From the NCBI GenBank assembly GCA_963514005.1, contig OY740784.1, positions 73,966,001-74,030,000 on the forward strand: a stretch of 64,000 bases of DNA. Reading direction: 5' to 3'. This document shows, in pieces, positions 36,220 through 48,240 of this stretch. The notes under the pieces were generated by a model. That model ran no database searches. It was not told the DNA's origin and saw nothing but the letters and a program-made list of their open reading frames with translations. The position numbers and the translations under genes are program-made. Each line of letters begins with the position of its first letter. Position 1 is the first letter of the stretch. This DNA comes from Raja brachyura. Lineage: Eukaryota.

Positions 36220-36543
36220 GTTCAGGAGTCGGGGCATCGCGTCCAGCCAGGCGACTGAGATGCTGGCTACTGGTCTCACCAACGCCCCACTTCTGTCGCA
36301 CCCGGAAGTTGCCGGTTCCATTTGGTGCGATCTCGTTTACTATTCCAGCTCACAGATAAATTTCACTCCGGATCTCAGCCTCACCACGTGGCGCTGGGGC
36401 GCAAATCAAGCGCCAGAGGCAGAGTGTCAAAGTATCGGTATATGCAATACCAATCCCACTTATTCACTGTGAACGCTCCCCCTGGCAATAAACCGGAGTT
36501 CCCAATGCTCGGCGAGCAGTCAAGCAGCCAGAGAGGCTCGAGG

Positions 36544-36582
36544 GGTTTTTGTAGCGACCACCTGCCATTGCTTCACACTGTG
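36544..36582 (-). other. 23-RSS of V5 (perfect consensus)
   Basis: CACAGTG + 23 nt + ACAAAAACC. Confidence 0.97.
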
Positions 36583-36989
36583 AAAACCCAACTGGCACAG
36601 TAATAGGTGGCGGCATCAGACAGGTCGGTGTTATCAATCACAAGAGAGAAAGTTGAGTCACTTCCCTCGGCTGAGTATTTGGCGGGTATTCCCTGATCCC
36701 GCTCAGATTTCCCCTTGCTATAGTGCAGGATCCTTCTGGGCGCCTGGTCGGTGCGTTGTTGATACCAATGGATATCATCGAGACCCTTTGCCAAGCACTG
36801 TATCTTCACGGTTGTCGTCGCAGGCTTCGTGATCGACATCTGTGGCTGTTGCAAATCATTGGCAGAATACCCAGCTGTAAATTAAAAACATTGAAGCTAC
36901 ATGGACAAGGAAAGGCCGAAAGTGGTTGTTTCCATACAATACTTACCAAGGAAAAACCACCAGAAGATAACTAGACAACGGAGCGACAT
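36583..36989 (-). CDS. TRGV: TCR gamma V segment V5 (leader exon 36947-36989, V exon 36583-36874)
   Basis: Leader MSLRCLVIFWWFFL, donor G|GTAAGT, acceptor tttacag|CT. IQC..IHWYQQ..RRILHY..DAATYYCASWV with a short CDR1, then a perfect 23-RSS. Confidence 0.94.
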
Positions 36990-38908
36990 GCTGCCGCGGT
37001 AACTATTCGGATGGACTAGCTCCTCTGATCACATGGTTAGAATTAAATGCGAGGTGCCCCGGTTGTGGTTCTGTTTCCCAGCGGAAGCGCAGGATATCCA
37101 TCGTCTGCACCTTTATCTGCAAGTTGATTTGTGAGTACATTTGCCCAGAGAGAGGTGGGATGAGGAGTGGTTTTACGGCCAGTCTGCAGACGGAGCACCT
37201 TCTAATAAATAAGTTGCAACATTGGAGTCATGCAGTTGATACCTGTCGCTCAAGTTCTCGCTTGCTTGGAAGCACCAGCAATACGATCACATTCACAGTC
37301 AGACCCAACATGCTGGAGTGACTCAGCGGGTCAGGCAACATCTCTGGAGAAAAGGAATAGGTGACGTTTCGGGCCGAGACCCTTCTTCAGACTGAAAGAT
37401 CCCGCATCGGAAAGTCTGTCACCTGTCCTTTTCTTTCAGAAATGCTGCCTGACCCGCTGAGTTCCTCCAGCATTTTGCGTCGATCTTTGTTATAAACAAG
37501 CATCTGTGGTATTTTTGTTTCTAAGTTCTCGTATGCACAGTTACTTGTTTCCATGCTTGCCATCCACGTAGCGCTTTGTCTCAAACATTCCCCTGACATT
37601 ATCTCGTTTCTTGTGTTCTCCCCGTTACATTTTCAACATTAGTCCTTGCCACCTCGGTGATTATATCTAGTTCTGAAGTCTCCACCGGGCAGCATTGCTA
37701 CTGCTCGATCTGCTAAGTGCTTCCAGCGGTTTTTTTTTTCATTTTCCTTGCAATCACAAGAATTTGAAGGGATCTGTGAACATTGGACACTTCGGTTTAT
37801 TTCTCATTGGTTCAAATGTCACACCAGAGAACTCAGGACATTAAAACAATGGAGAAAACGAGCAGGAGCACGTCAGTGGTCCCTTCAACGCGTTCCCCAT
37901 TCACTGTCACCGACTAAAAATGGGCGCCATTTTCTTGCACGACCTCCGACCAATGGTCAAGGGTCAAGACCATATAATTGGTATCGATACCGACAACGGA
38001 ACAATTAAATTCTTACTTCCAGCAGTTTAACAGGCCGGTAAATGCAACAGCACGCTGATAATATATAACAATCAAAATAACATAACTTGATAGCCATTAA
38101 GACTAGATAACCAAAATAATGAAAAGATCCAAGTCCGCAACGAAACCAAAGACACAGTCAACAGAAGATCATAGTTGCTGAGGTTAGTGTTGTTTAGTGT
38201 TCAAGCATTGATGGTTGCTGGGAAGAAGCTGATCTTGAAGCTGGAGGTCACGGTCTTTAGGCTCCTGTACCTTCTTCTCGCTAGTAGGAACAAAATAGGG
38301 GCACTCAAATCCAGAAATTATCCTGCCGAGGGACTGCACGAATGTAATAACTAAGTCTCTCTAGCCCATGGGACAGAAATATATATTTACAAATTCGAAT
38401 GGCATGCAACCTGGAAGGGAATCTGCAGATATCAATGCACTAGTTAAATTAATCTATGATGGAAGAGGGTTGGAAGTGCTGTCAGTAATATGGGTGAATA
38501 ACTGTAGTGCATCTCATAACCTGCAGAGAGAGTTCAGTTATTAAGCGCAGCTGGTGGTGAGCATAAATGTTTAGGGCGGTTGTTGAGGTGGATGCTCAAC
38601 GGGTCTGGCAGGACTTGGACATCATCACGTCCTACAAGGTGCTACTAAGTAGGTTGGGTGACATAGAAGGATCACTTCTGGATGAGCTCAATGTCTTCAA
38701 AGTTCGCATTAAAGGGAAGAACAAAGGGCCTTCACGATTCCCCACATGCCCCATGACACTGTGATCTCAGTCTCCAAGACCAGCATCTGAAGATCCTTGG
38801 AGACTCAAGGAACTGCAGGTGCTGGTGTACAAAAAAAGAGACCGAGTACTGGAGTAACTCAGCGGGCCTGGCGGCATCTCCGGAGGACATGGATACGTGA
38901 CCTTTCGA

Positions 38909-39118
38909 AGATAGACACAAAATGCTGGAGTAACTCAGCGGGGCAGGCCGCATCTCTGGAGAGAAGGAATGGTGATGTTTCGGGTCGAGACCCTTCTTCA
39001 AACTGATGTCTGAGATTGATCAGTCAGAAGAAGGGTCTCGACCCAAAACATCACCCATTCCTTCTCTCCAGAGATGCTGCCTGTCCCGCTAAGTTACTCC
39101 AGCATTTTGTGTCTATCT
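38909..39118. repeat. Palindromic pair of the Penelope-derived short repeat (about 95-bp arms)
   Basis: agatagacacaaaatgctggagtaactcagcggg..cttcttca, then its reverse complement ending ..ccagcattttgtgtctatct. Similar pairs near 37306-37480, 48538-48700, 52760-52920, 53555-53920. Confidence 0.8.
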
Positions 39119-40519
39119 TCTATTTAAACCAGCATCTGCAGTTCTTTCCTAAACACTAGGCGACCTTTTGGGCCAGTAACCTTCTTCAGACCGATTGTGG
39201 TGGAGGCGGGGTGAAAGCTGGAAGAGAGCTGGGGCAAGACAAAGCCTGGTTTTGAGATGCAGCATGACCCACCAATTCCACACTGACCCTTGATCACCTG
39301 CACACTAGTTCCATGTTATCCCACCTTTACATCCTCTGTGCTAGGGGAAATTTACAGAAGCCAATTACCAATAAACCTGCACATATTTGGATTGTGTGAG
39401 AGACCAGGGTACCTTGAGAAAAGCCTTGCTGTCACAGGGAGAATATACAAACTCTGTACGGACAGCACCTGTATTCAGGATTGAACCCAGATCTCTGATG
39501 CTGTCAGGCAGCACTTCCTCTGCTGCATTACTGTGCCGCCTCCGAGCAGGAGAAAAGGGGAAGGGGTGTGTATGCGCGTGTGTGAGGGGGGTGGCGTATT
39601 GTTTAGTTACCTGGAATTGAAACAAACAACCTCTTCTCTAAACTCATGGAACTTATAGTTAATACTCCCCCCCCCCTCCCACCTCTGCAACTGGAACCTT
39701 GACTTCCTAACCATCAGATCACAATCAGTGAGAATAGGTGTCAATAGGTACTCTATGATAATCCTTAACACTGGTACCCCACAAGGATGTGATCTCAGCA
39801 CCCCCCCCCCCCCCTCCCCCCAACAATACTCCTTATAAAATTGCGATTTTGCAATCAAATACCAATCCAACTCAATTTACAAGTTCACAGAAGACAACAT
39901 TACAGCGGGCTGGATATCAAATAATGATGAGACAGAGTACAAGAAGGAGAATGAGAATCTTGCAACCTGGTGCCATAACAAAAAACCTTCCTTCAATGTC
40001 AGCAACATTATGTTTAACTTCAGAAAGCAATGAGGTACACACACACACCAGTATACATTAAAGGCACCAAAGTAGAGATCCTCAAAAGTTTAAAGTTCCA
40101 AGGAATAAAGATCCTTCCTTAACCAATCACATCGAAGCTCGGGCAGGGAAAGCGCACCAGCATCCCTACTTTCAGATAGACACAACATGCTGGTGCAACT
40201 CAACGGATCAGGCAGCAGCTCTAGAGAAAAGGAATTGATGACGTTTCAGGTCAAGACCATTCTTCAGACTGCCTGACCTACTGAGTTACTCCAGCATTTT
40301 GGGCCTATCTTCAATATAAACCAGCATCTGTACTTCCTTCTTACACATTTCCTCTACTTCCTTAGAAGGCTTAGGAAGTTCAGCATGCCCCAACAACACT
40401 TACCACCTTCTACAGATGCCCTGTAGAAAGCATTTTATTGGGATGCATCATAGGCTGGTTTGGGAACAGCTCCATTCATGACCACAAGAAAATTCGAGAG
40501 TTGTGGACATAGCCTAGAT

Positions 40520-42253
40520 CAGGGGTGGGGAACCTTTTCATGTTGGAATGCCACATTAAGTTAGCTGTAATCTAATAAGGCTGCATCCAAGATACTTCAA
40601 TTAGATACACTTCAAAATGTACATTATTTTGTAATAATCTAACTACTATGTACTAACTTCAAGAAAATGAATAAAAAATGTTAATTCTAAAGTTAACAAA
40701 GCTTTTAATTACTTTGTTGTGACGGTCTTTTTGCTCAATCAATTCCATCTGTAGTTCTATAGGACCCTTGGAGACATCAACTAGGTGAGGTTGAAATGCT
40801 AATTTGAGTGTGATGTCATGATTCTCAAAGTCAGTGAACCTTTCATTGTATTCTATAATTGACAAGTGTATAATAGCTGCGTATTGATCAAATGATTCGC
40901 ATGAGCCCTCCTGCTCATCAATGGCCTTCATTAACTGGGGAAAATGTTCATCCGCAATTTCATTTTGAAGAAGAGTTTTGAAAAAATATAGTTTTTTTCG
41001 AAATGCTTGGATTTTTTGCCACATATCATATAGAGACTTAGTTTTACCTTGTAAAGAAACATTCAAGTAATTTTGCTTTGACATATCACACAGAAATGCA
41101 GTATATAGAAATCTTCTTTCAATAATTCACATTGCTGATTCTGTTCTTCATGAATTTAACTATCTGTTCTCACAAAGATAAAAAATTTTCTAACACCTGT
41201 CCCTGCGATAGCCAACGCACTTTACAATGATACGAAAAATCCACACCAAATGCCTCATCGTCCAATTTTAGCATATTACGAAACTGACAATGCAGTATTG
41301 CATTTGCACGAATATAGTTAACAATACTTATAACTTGTTGCAAAGTGTCACTTAAAATAGTAGATTTAGCACAGAGATTTTGCTGATGTAAGATACAATA
41401 AAAAGAAATGAGAGCATCTGGATCGGATACCTTTTTTATCTGTGCAATAAACCCTTCACGTTTTCCTGTCATGGAAGGTGCACCGTCTGTACATACACTC
41501 ACTAAATTAACCAAATCCAGTCCAACTTCATGACATTTATCTTGAAAGTTGTTGAAGAAATCTATTCCTGGTGTTCTACCCGTAAGAGTACCCATAGCGA
41601 GTAACTCTTCGTAGCAAAGAAAATCTTCTGTCATGGCCCGAATGAAGTATAAAACCTGCGCCAAGTCCGTAGTATCAGTTGATTCATCCAAAGCTATTGA
41701 ATCATATATATTATAATATATATTTTCCTTTTGGAGCATTGCATGAAGTTGTTCTGTTATGTTGAGGGCTAATTCATGCTGCCAATCAGCTATAGTTCAA
41801 TTAATGTTGATATTGCAGTATCGCAAAGCACCGCTATCAAAAGTTGATAATACTGAAGACAGGACGGCCAGCGGACTCTCCCCGATATTTTCCCTCTCGT
41901 CAACCAGCCTCAGGCAGTGGTGGCGCCAGTCAGGCAGCGAGGTTAACGTACATTCTAGTCGCATTAGAACTAAATCATGAGCATAACAGGTGTTAAAATA
42001 GCCCTCATGACTTACTAATGTTTTTATTGTGGCCGTCAGTCAGGGAAGATTATTTTGTTGAATCTTCTTTTACGCTTTGGTATTTTAAATACATTCATTT
42101 TAAGATTAAAATATTAATAAATAAAAGACGAACAAAAACATATTAATAAAATTAAAAGGATTTGATCCACAAAATTTGGATTCATTCAAAAGGCCGCACT
42201 TAGTGGCCGAGAAGGCTGCATGCGGCCTTAAGGCCGCAGGTTCCCTAACCCTG
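40520..42253 (-). mobile_element. hAT DNA transposon (Buster/Charlie/SPIN-like), internally deleted
   Basis: TIRs CAGGGGTGGGGAACCT and AGGTTCCCTAACCCTG; 8-bp TSD GCCTAGAT at 40512-40519 and 42254-42261; transposase motifs IALDESTD, CTDGAPSMTG, CILHQQNLC, VRWLS. Confidence 0.93.
40659..41739 (-). pseudogene. hAT transposase fragment (GTF2IRD2/SPIN-like), frameshifted, lacking both termini
   Basis: ORFs 41170-41739 and 40659-41084 (LNVSLQGK..RFTDF). Confidence 0.85.
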
Positions 42254-44944
42254 GCCTAGATCATCATGCAAACCATCATTGACTCCATCTACACTTCACA
42301 CTGCCTCGACAAGGCCACCAGCATAATCAAAACCTAGTCTCACACTGGTCACTCCCTCCTTTCCCATCAGGCAAGAAGCACAGACATTTGAAAACACATT
42401 ACTCCAGATTCACGGATAGTTTCTTCCCAGCTGCTATCAAGCAACTGAATCGTCCTCTCGCCAACTAAGGTGCCGTCCTGACCTCCCATCTACCTCATTG
42501 GAGATCTTTGAACTATCTATTATCAGACTTTATTGGACTTTGTCGTGCACAAAATGTTGTACTCTTCATGCTTTACCTTTACATCGTGGACAGCTTGATT
42601 GTAATCATGTATAGACCTTTTTTTTGACTGGATAGCACATAACAAAAAGCTTTTCACATAAAACAAACCAGAGAACATTTACACAAACTTATAAAACGCA
42701 CACAAAAAAAAGACGAAAAAACAAATAGACTGCTGGTTTGGCTGCCAATCATTCGGCGCCCCTGGTGGTGTGATGAGGTTGAACCCTCAACAGGCATCCA
42801 GTCCTGATGATGTCGCTGGCCACTGCGGACTAAATGGCTGGAGCTTTTGCAGACATCTTCCGAATCTGAATCAGAATCACACTTTATTCGCCAAGTATGT
42901 TTTGCAACATACGAGGAATTTCATTGGCCAGGACAGTCATACAATTAAAAGTAACAGATCACTAAAAAATCTACAACCTCTTATTACAATTGTCCAAGAT
43001 CCCTTAATACCCGTGCCAAGGAAGAGCAAGTTATATGCCTCAATGACTATTGACTAGTGGCATGTCTCTTGTGATGAAGTGCTTTGAGGGTTTGGTTGTG
43101 ACCAGTAGCAATTGATGCCTTGATCTGGACTCACTTCAACTGGTAATGATCTGGACTCACTTCAATTCACTGACTATCACAGAAGATCAACAGTGGATGT
43201 GACCTTGTTGGCTCTCCACTCTGCACTGGACCACTTGGCCAACACAAATACATATCCCAGACTGTTGTTCATTAACTGTGGGTTGGAGTTCACATCCATC
43301 ATCCCTTCGACGTCGGGGGTTCCATCGTTCCCGGCGAGAGGGCCTGAACATCGGGCCAGTTGTAGCAGCGACTGCGGGGTGCTCAGGAAGCCCCAACCAC
43401 GGGTGAACATTGGGGATCATTGGTGAGGAGGTTGACTGGACTTGGGTTCCTTCCCTCACGGTGGGGAACTTGGGTGCCGCTGTGGGGATGTTTGTGTTGT
43501 GGACTACTGTGTTATGTGTTTTTGTGGGTTTTTTTAATTATTTGTATGACTAAGGGAAAAAGAATTTTGTTGTCTCTTAATTGAAGACAATGACAATCAA
43601 ATCAAATCAAAATTCCAAACCTATTGTTAAATGCAGGGATATTGATCTCTGCTTCACACATTGGCAGAACTCAATTAATATGAATTGGCAAACACAACTC
43701 TTCCACACTGACCTTGAGAAGCACATGAAGACTGCATGCTCAGTCACCCCCTACCATTTCTATACTCATGACTGTGCAGACAGACACAGCTCCAACACAA
43801 ACTTTAAATTCGCACATGACACCACCTATGATGGATGAATAATGGTAAGGATGAGTCAGACTACAGCAGTGAAAATAATAATCTGGTTGAGTGGTACCAG
43901 AACAACAAACTCGCTCTCAAAGCTAGCAAGACCAAGGAGCTAATTTTTCACCAGGAAGGGAAAACAGAGGTGTCCTTACACCTGTCTTCATTAGTGGGGT
44001 GGCAGTATCTGGAGAGTCAACAGCTTCAGGTTCCTTCATACACAGATCTCTGATGTTCTATCCTGGGCCAAGCATAATGATGCGATTACAAAATAAAGCT
44101 CGCCAACATCTCTATTGCCGCAGAGATTTTGGGAGATTTAGCATGGTACTGAATACTCTTGTGAATTATTATAAATGGAGAGCATACAGCCTGGCAACTC
44201 TCCAGGTATTGACCTCTCTTTTTGCATTACTTATCAGTCTGGTCCTTCCGCCTACACAGAGTCACTGACCCATCCCCCCCCCCCCCCCCCCCCACCCGGT
44301 AATGTCCCCGTCAGCTGCAGCAGTGTTGGAGACTGTCTGGTCCATCCGCCGACCCAGGTTCACTGACCGCGCGGTAGCGGCAGCGGCATCGGCCTGGAGT
44401 TGTAGCTGGCCCGGACTCTGGGCTTGGGGCTGGGCAAGGGAGTGGGAGAAGATTGCTGCTGCCGCCAGCACCACCATCACAAACAGTACCCACAGCTCCA
44501 GCGGACTCCCGGCTTTCCATGGCCGGCAGGAGCCCATCCGCAGACCCTCTCTCCGACCCGGACGACTTCAGCAGCAGCGGCTCCGAGTCGCCCGGTTTCG
44601 AGCAGGGCTGGCGGCTGCCCATCTTCAGCAGGATCTCGGTGTCGGACTGAGGGGAGGGAGGTGGTGGAGGGCTGCCGGGGCCAACCCGGCAGGACAGGGA
44701 GAGCCGAGCTGAAGCCAACGGCTGCAAGTCCAGGGTCGCCCCGCCAGCCCAGGGCCATCCCGGACATCACGGGGACGACCCAACAGCAACTCAACAGCAC
44801 CCGCAGCGACAGAGAGCCAACCCCGACTACGGACAAAACGCAAACCTGCACACAATGCTCGAAGATCTTTGGCACCACCATTGCCAAAGGTTAGGGAAAT
44901 GGGGCCGAAGATTACCCATGATTCTGCCCATGACCCTTCGTCTT

Positions 44945-45078
44945 NNNNNNNNNNNNNNNNNNNNNNNNNNNNNNNNNNNNNNNNNNNNNNNNNNNNNNNN
45001 NNNNNNNNNNNNNNNNNNNNNNNNNNNNNNNNNNNNNNNNNNNNNNNNNNNNNNNNNNNNNNNNNNNNNNNNNNNNNN
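44945..45078. other. Assembly gap (134 N)
   Basis: Run of N. Confidence 1.
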
Positions 45079-45482
45079 CTATAGGATCTTTGGCCAAGAT
45101 TATTTTATAGCTCGTGACCCATGACCTGGACATGCGCAGTCGGAATACCGAACTCGCTTATTGCAGACTTCTGGGTGGAAAAAAATACCCCTGCAGTAAT
45201 GTCTTGGAACCGGGATGATGTTTTCTGACGCATAGCGTCAGAGTCGGGTGATTGGGAACTCTGTGGGTAAAGCGCAAGTCACCGTCTCGGAGACGCACAG
45301 TGCGAGTCCTTTTGTCGCCCCTCCGGCCGGGCCAGTTCCTCACCCACCTCTCCGCGGAAGGACAGCTTCCAGAACACAAGGATCAGCCTTATCACTGAAG
45401 CGGAAACGCTTCCTTGTAACTGGAGATCTGGGCACTCCAACAGCGGCCGTTTTAGCGGCTGCTACTCGTGCGGACCCCAGTA

Positions 45483-45533
<51 letters not shown>
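45483..45533. repeat. (CCCTGT)n hexanucleotide microsatellite 3' of the V6 RSS
   Basis: About 8 copies; the paralogous V3 flank has no expansion. Confidence 0.95.
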
Positions 45534-45534
<1 letters not shown>

Positions 45535-45605
45535 GGAGAAGCAGACCGTGAGAGGTGCAGCGGGGGATCGTTGCAGGCTCCGGATCAGGTGCACACAGGT
45601 GTCTG

Positions 45606-45644
45606 GCTTTTTGTGCGGAGATTGTGTTTCTGTTACACGCTGTG
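45606..45644 (-). other. 23-RSS of V6
   Basis: CACAGCG + 23 nt + ACAAAAAGC. Confidence 0.93.
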
Positions 45645-46069
45645 GTCATCCAGCAGGCGCAGTAATATGTGGCAGATTTATCAGCCGTTAATTCAATTGC
45701 GAGATAGAATCTGGAGTCAGTGGTTTTGCCAGCGTTGAAGGAGCTCCCGAATCCCGAATCCCGTACTATGCTCTTTGTAAAGTAGAGTATCCGAGCGAGC
45801 GGCTGCCCGGCTTTCTGTTGGTACCAGTGAATGGGGTTGTTCTCATTAATTTCGACTCCATTCGTTTGACACCAGACTCGCACTGTTTTATTGGCAGGCG
45901 AGGTTAGCGATGCTTTGGACTGGGTCAGGGTCTGGGCCAAACATCCACCTGCAAAAAGAACAGATTTTGATTAAAACGGCTGTGCGGCGGGAGAGACCGG
46001 CAATAGTTGAAGAACCATCTGACACGCACAGCTCAAACTTAGCACGAGAAAATAGGAAATCAGCCACAT
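45645..46069 (-). CDS. TRGV: TCR gamma V segment V6 (leader exon 46030-46069, V exon 45645-45948); paralog of V3
   Basis: Leader MWLISYFLVLSLS, donor T|GTGCGT, acceptor ttttgcag|GT. VWC..PIHWYQQK..RILYF..KSATYYCACWM, then a 23-RSS. Confidence 0.92.
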
Positions 46070-47764
46070 GTTCGCTCAGCTGGATCGCTCTTTAGAAAGT
46101 GAGAGGAATTAAGTGACTTCCCTCAACACACTCGGCCAGCTATTGGAGTCGGCGCTGAACCCGCCTCGAAACCCTCTCCTCGGCGGAGCCCATATCAATG
46201 ATTCGCATTATTCCGGTGGCGTCATGTTTCATCTTGGAGAGTGGGTGTGAGAGGTGCTAGCACACAGCGGTTCATTTCTTCCTTCCTTTCCAACCGACAA
46301 ATTAGGTTGAAATTACCTCAGCCATTTCTTCCGGATCATTGGTACAAAAGGCCATTCGGTTCCTGTGTCTGCTCGCCATTTCATTCGCATTAAGACCGAT
46401 CTTTATCGAACATGAAATCTGTAATGCTGGAGAGAGAAACGCTGCAGGTCGAAATTTCAGACATGTATTCGCTGCAGTTTATCCTCTGCTGTATCTCTCC
46501 TCTGCTCTAACTCCACGACCCCTTTTCCAAGCAAGTTCTTCTATCTCCCGCTAGCATATTTCAGTGTTGGCCTCTCCCGACGTCGGAGTTTCGATCCTCC
46601 CGACGAGAGGGCCCGAACATCAGACCGTTGTCACCACGGGTGAATAAAGGAGGAAGATGACTGAACTTTATTACTTTCCATCGCAACGAGGAATGATGAT
46701 TCCACTGTGGTGGATGTTTATGTTAAATTTTATATTATGTGTGTATTTTATTCTTTTCACTTAATATGGCTGTATGGTAACTCAAATTTCACTGTACCTT
46801 AATTGGTTAAGTAACAATAAATGCGAATTTGAACGACTTTATTGTCTGCGTGCCGACTGGATTAGAAACGATGAATTAGATTCTGTGTCTGTGGAGCACT
46901 GCGCTCTGCAGTGCGGGACGCGGGCTCGCCACATTACTGACTGTTAAAGTGTGTGGGATATGTGGAGTGGTGCTCCCCTACATCTCCCCGCTGGTATGTT
47001 GAGAATCCGTAACTCCTGTTCTGCGTTCACGGCTGATCTTCTGCATCAGTGCCGTTTCTAGCATTATTCCCCACCTTTGATTCCATGAATATCCTGAGTG
47101 CGGCAGCCTGGTGGAGTGTGGAGGCCCCCCGCCAAATAAACCCTCCCATCGGCTCCATCGCTTTAACAGCCCACGTGGATTCGCACCACAATCCCCTGCA
47201 GACGAGCGAAACTGTTTTCAAGAGAAGGGTCATTAAAAAAATCTTCTGGCAGTGTGATGTGAATCTCTGGAATTCTCCACCCATGTGGATTACTGGAAGG
47301 AGACATGTTTTACAGACCATGGACGAGCTGCGCCAAAGGGGTTGTTTCCGTGCTGCGTAGCTTTGTGAATCTATGAAGTGGAGAATTAAAGACCGTGGAG
47401 ATCCAACAAAGCGGTTGAAGCCTCGGGCAGGTTAGCCGTGATCACATTGAATGGTGGGGCAGGCATGAAAGGGCTTACTCCTACGCCAACTGCAGTTCCT
47501 GCTCCTACTCCCACTGTTGTTCCCACTCATGCTCCTGCACCAACAGCTGCTCCTGCTCCAGTTCCAGTTCCTACACTTGCTCCTGCTTCTAAAACTGGTC
47601 ATACTCGTACTCTGGGTGAGAGATTGCAGCCTTCGAAACCGTGTTTCGACTAATGCAATCAACCCGACGTGCACAAACAAATATATGTAATGTTTTGTTA
47701 GGCTGTGCACGCCATACGCAAGAAGGAGACTTCTACTCTTGCTTCTGTTCCGACCTCTGCTCCT

Positions 47765-48240
47765 AGAAACATAGAAAACATGGAAAAATAGGTGCAGGAG
47801 TAGGCCATTTGGCCCTTCGAGCCTGCACCGCCATTCAATATGATCATGGCTGATCATCCAACTCAGCATCCCGTACATGCCTTCTCTCCATACCCCCTGA
47901 TCCCTTTAGCCACAAGAGCCACATCCAACTCCCTCTTGAATATAGCCAATGAACTGGCCCCAACGACCTTCTGTGGCAGAGAATTCCAGAGACTCACCAC
48001 TCTCTGTGTAAAGAATGTTTTCCTCATCTCGGTCCTAAAGGAATTCCTCCTTATCTTTAGACTGTGACCCCTTGTTCTGGACTCCCCCAACATCGGGAAC
48101 AATCTTCCTGCATCTAGCTTGTCCAATCCCTTAAGAATATTGTAAGTTTCTATAAGATCCCCCCTCAATCTTCTAAATTCCAGTGAGTACAAGCCGAGTC
48201 TATCCAGTCTTTCTTCATATGAAAGTCCCGACATCCCAGA
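47765..48240 (-). mobile_element. 5'-truncated young CR1, same subfamily as the full-length copy
   Basis: Nearly identical to 13973-14440. Confidence 0.92.

Larger units (their letters stand above)
39600..42660 (+). mobile_element. Rex1/Babar-like LINE remnant interrupted by a hAT element
   Basis: [20 protein letters not shown] and ISNNDETEY-type segments; the 3' part resumes after 42261. More Rex-like pieces at about 42770-44200(+) and 49725-50050(-). Confidence 0.7.

Noticed and set aside
36465-36471. Extra CACAGTG heptamer between V5 and V4 (possible D segment)
   Set aside because: No nonamer-like sequence at 12 or 23 nt on the spacer side.
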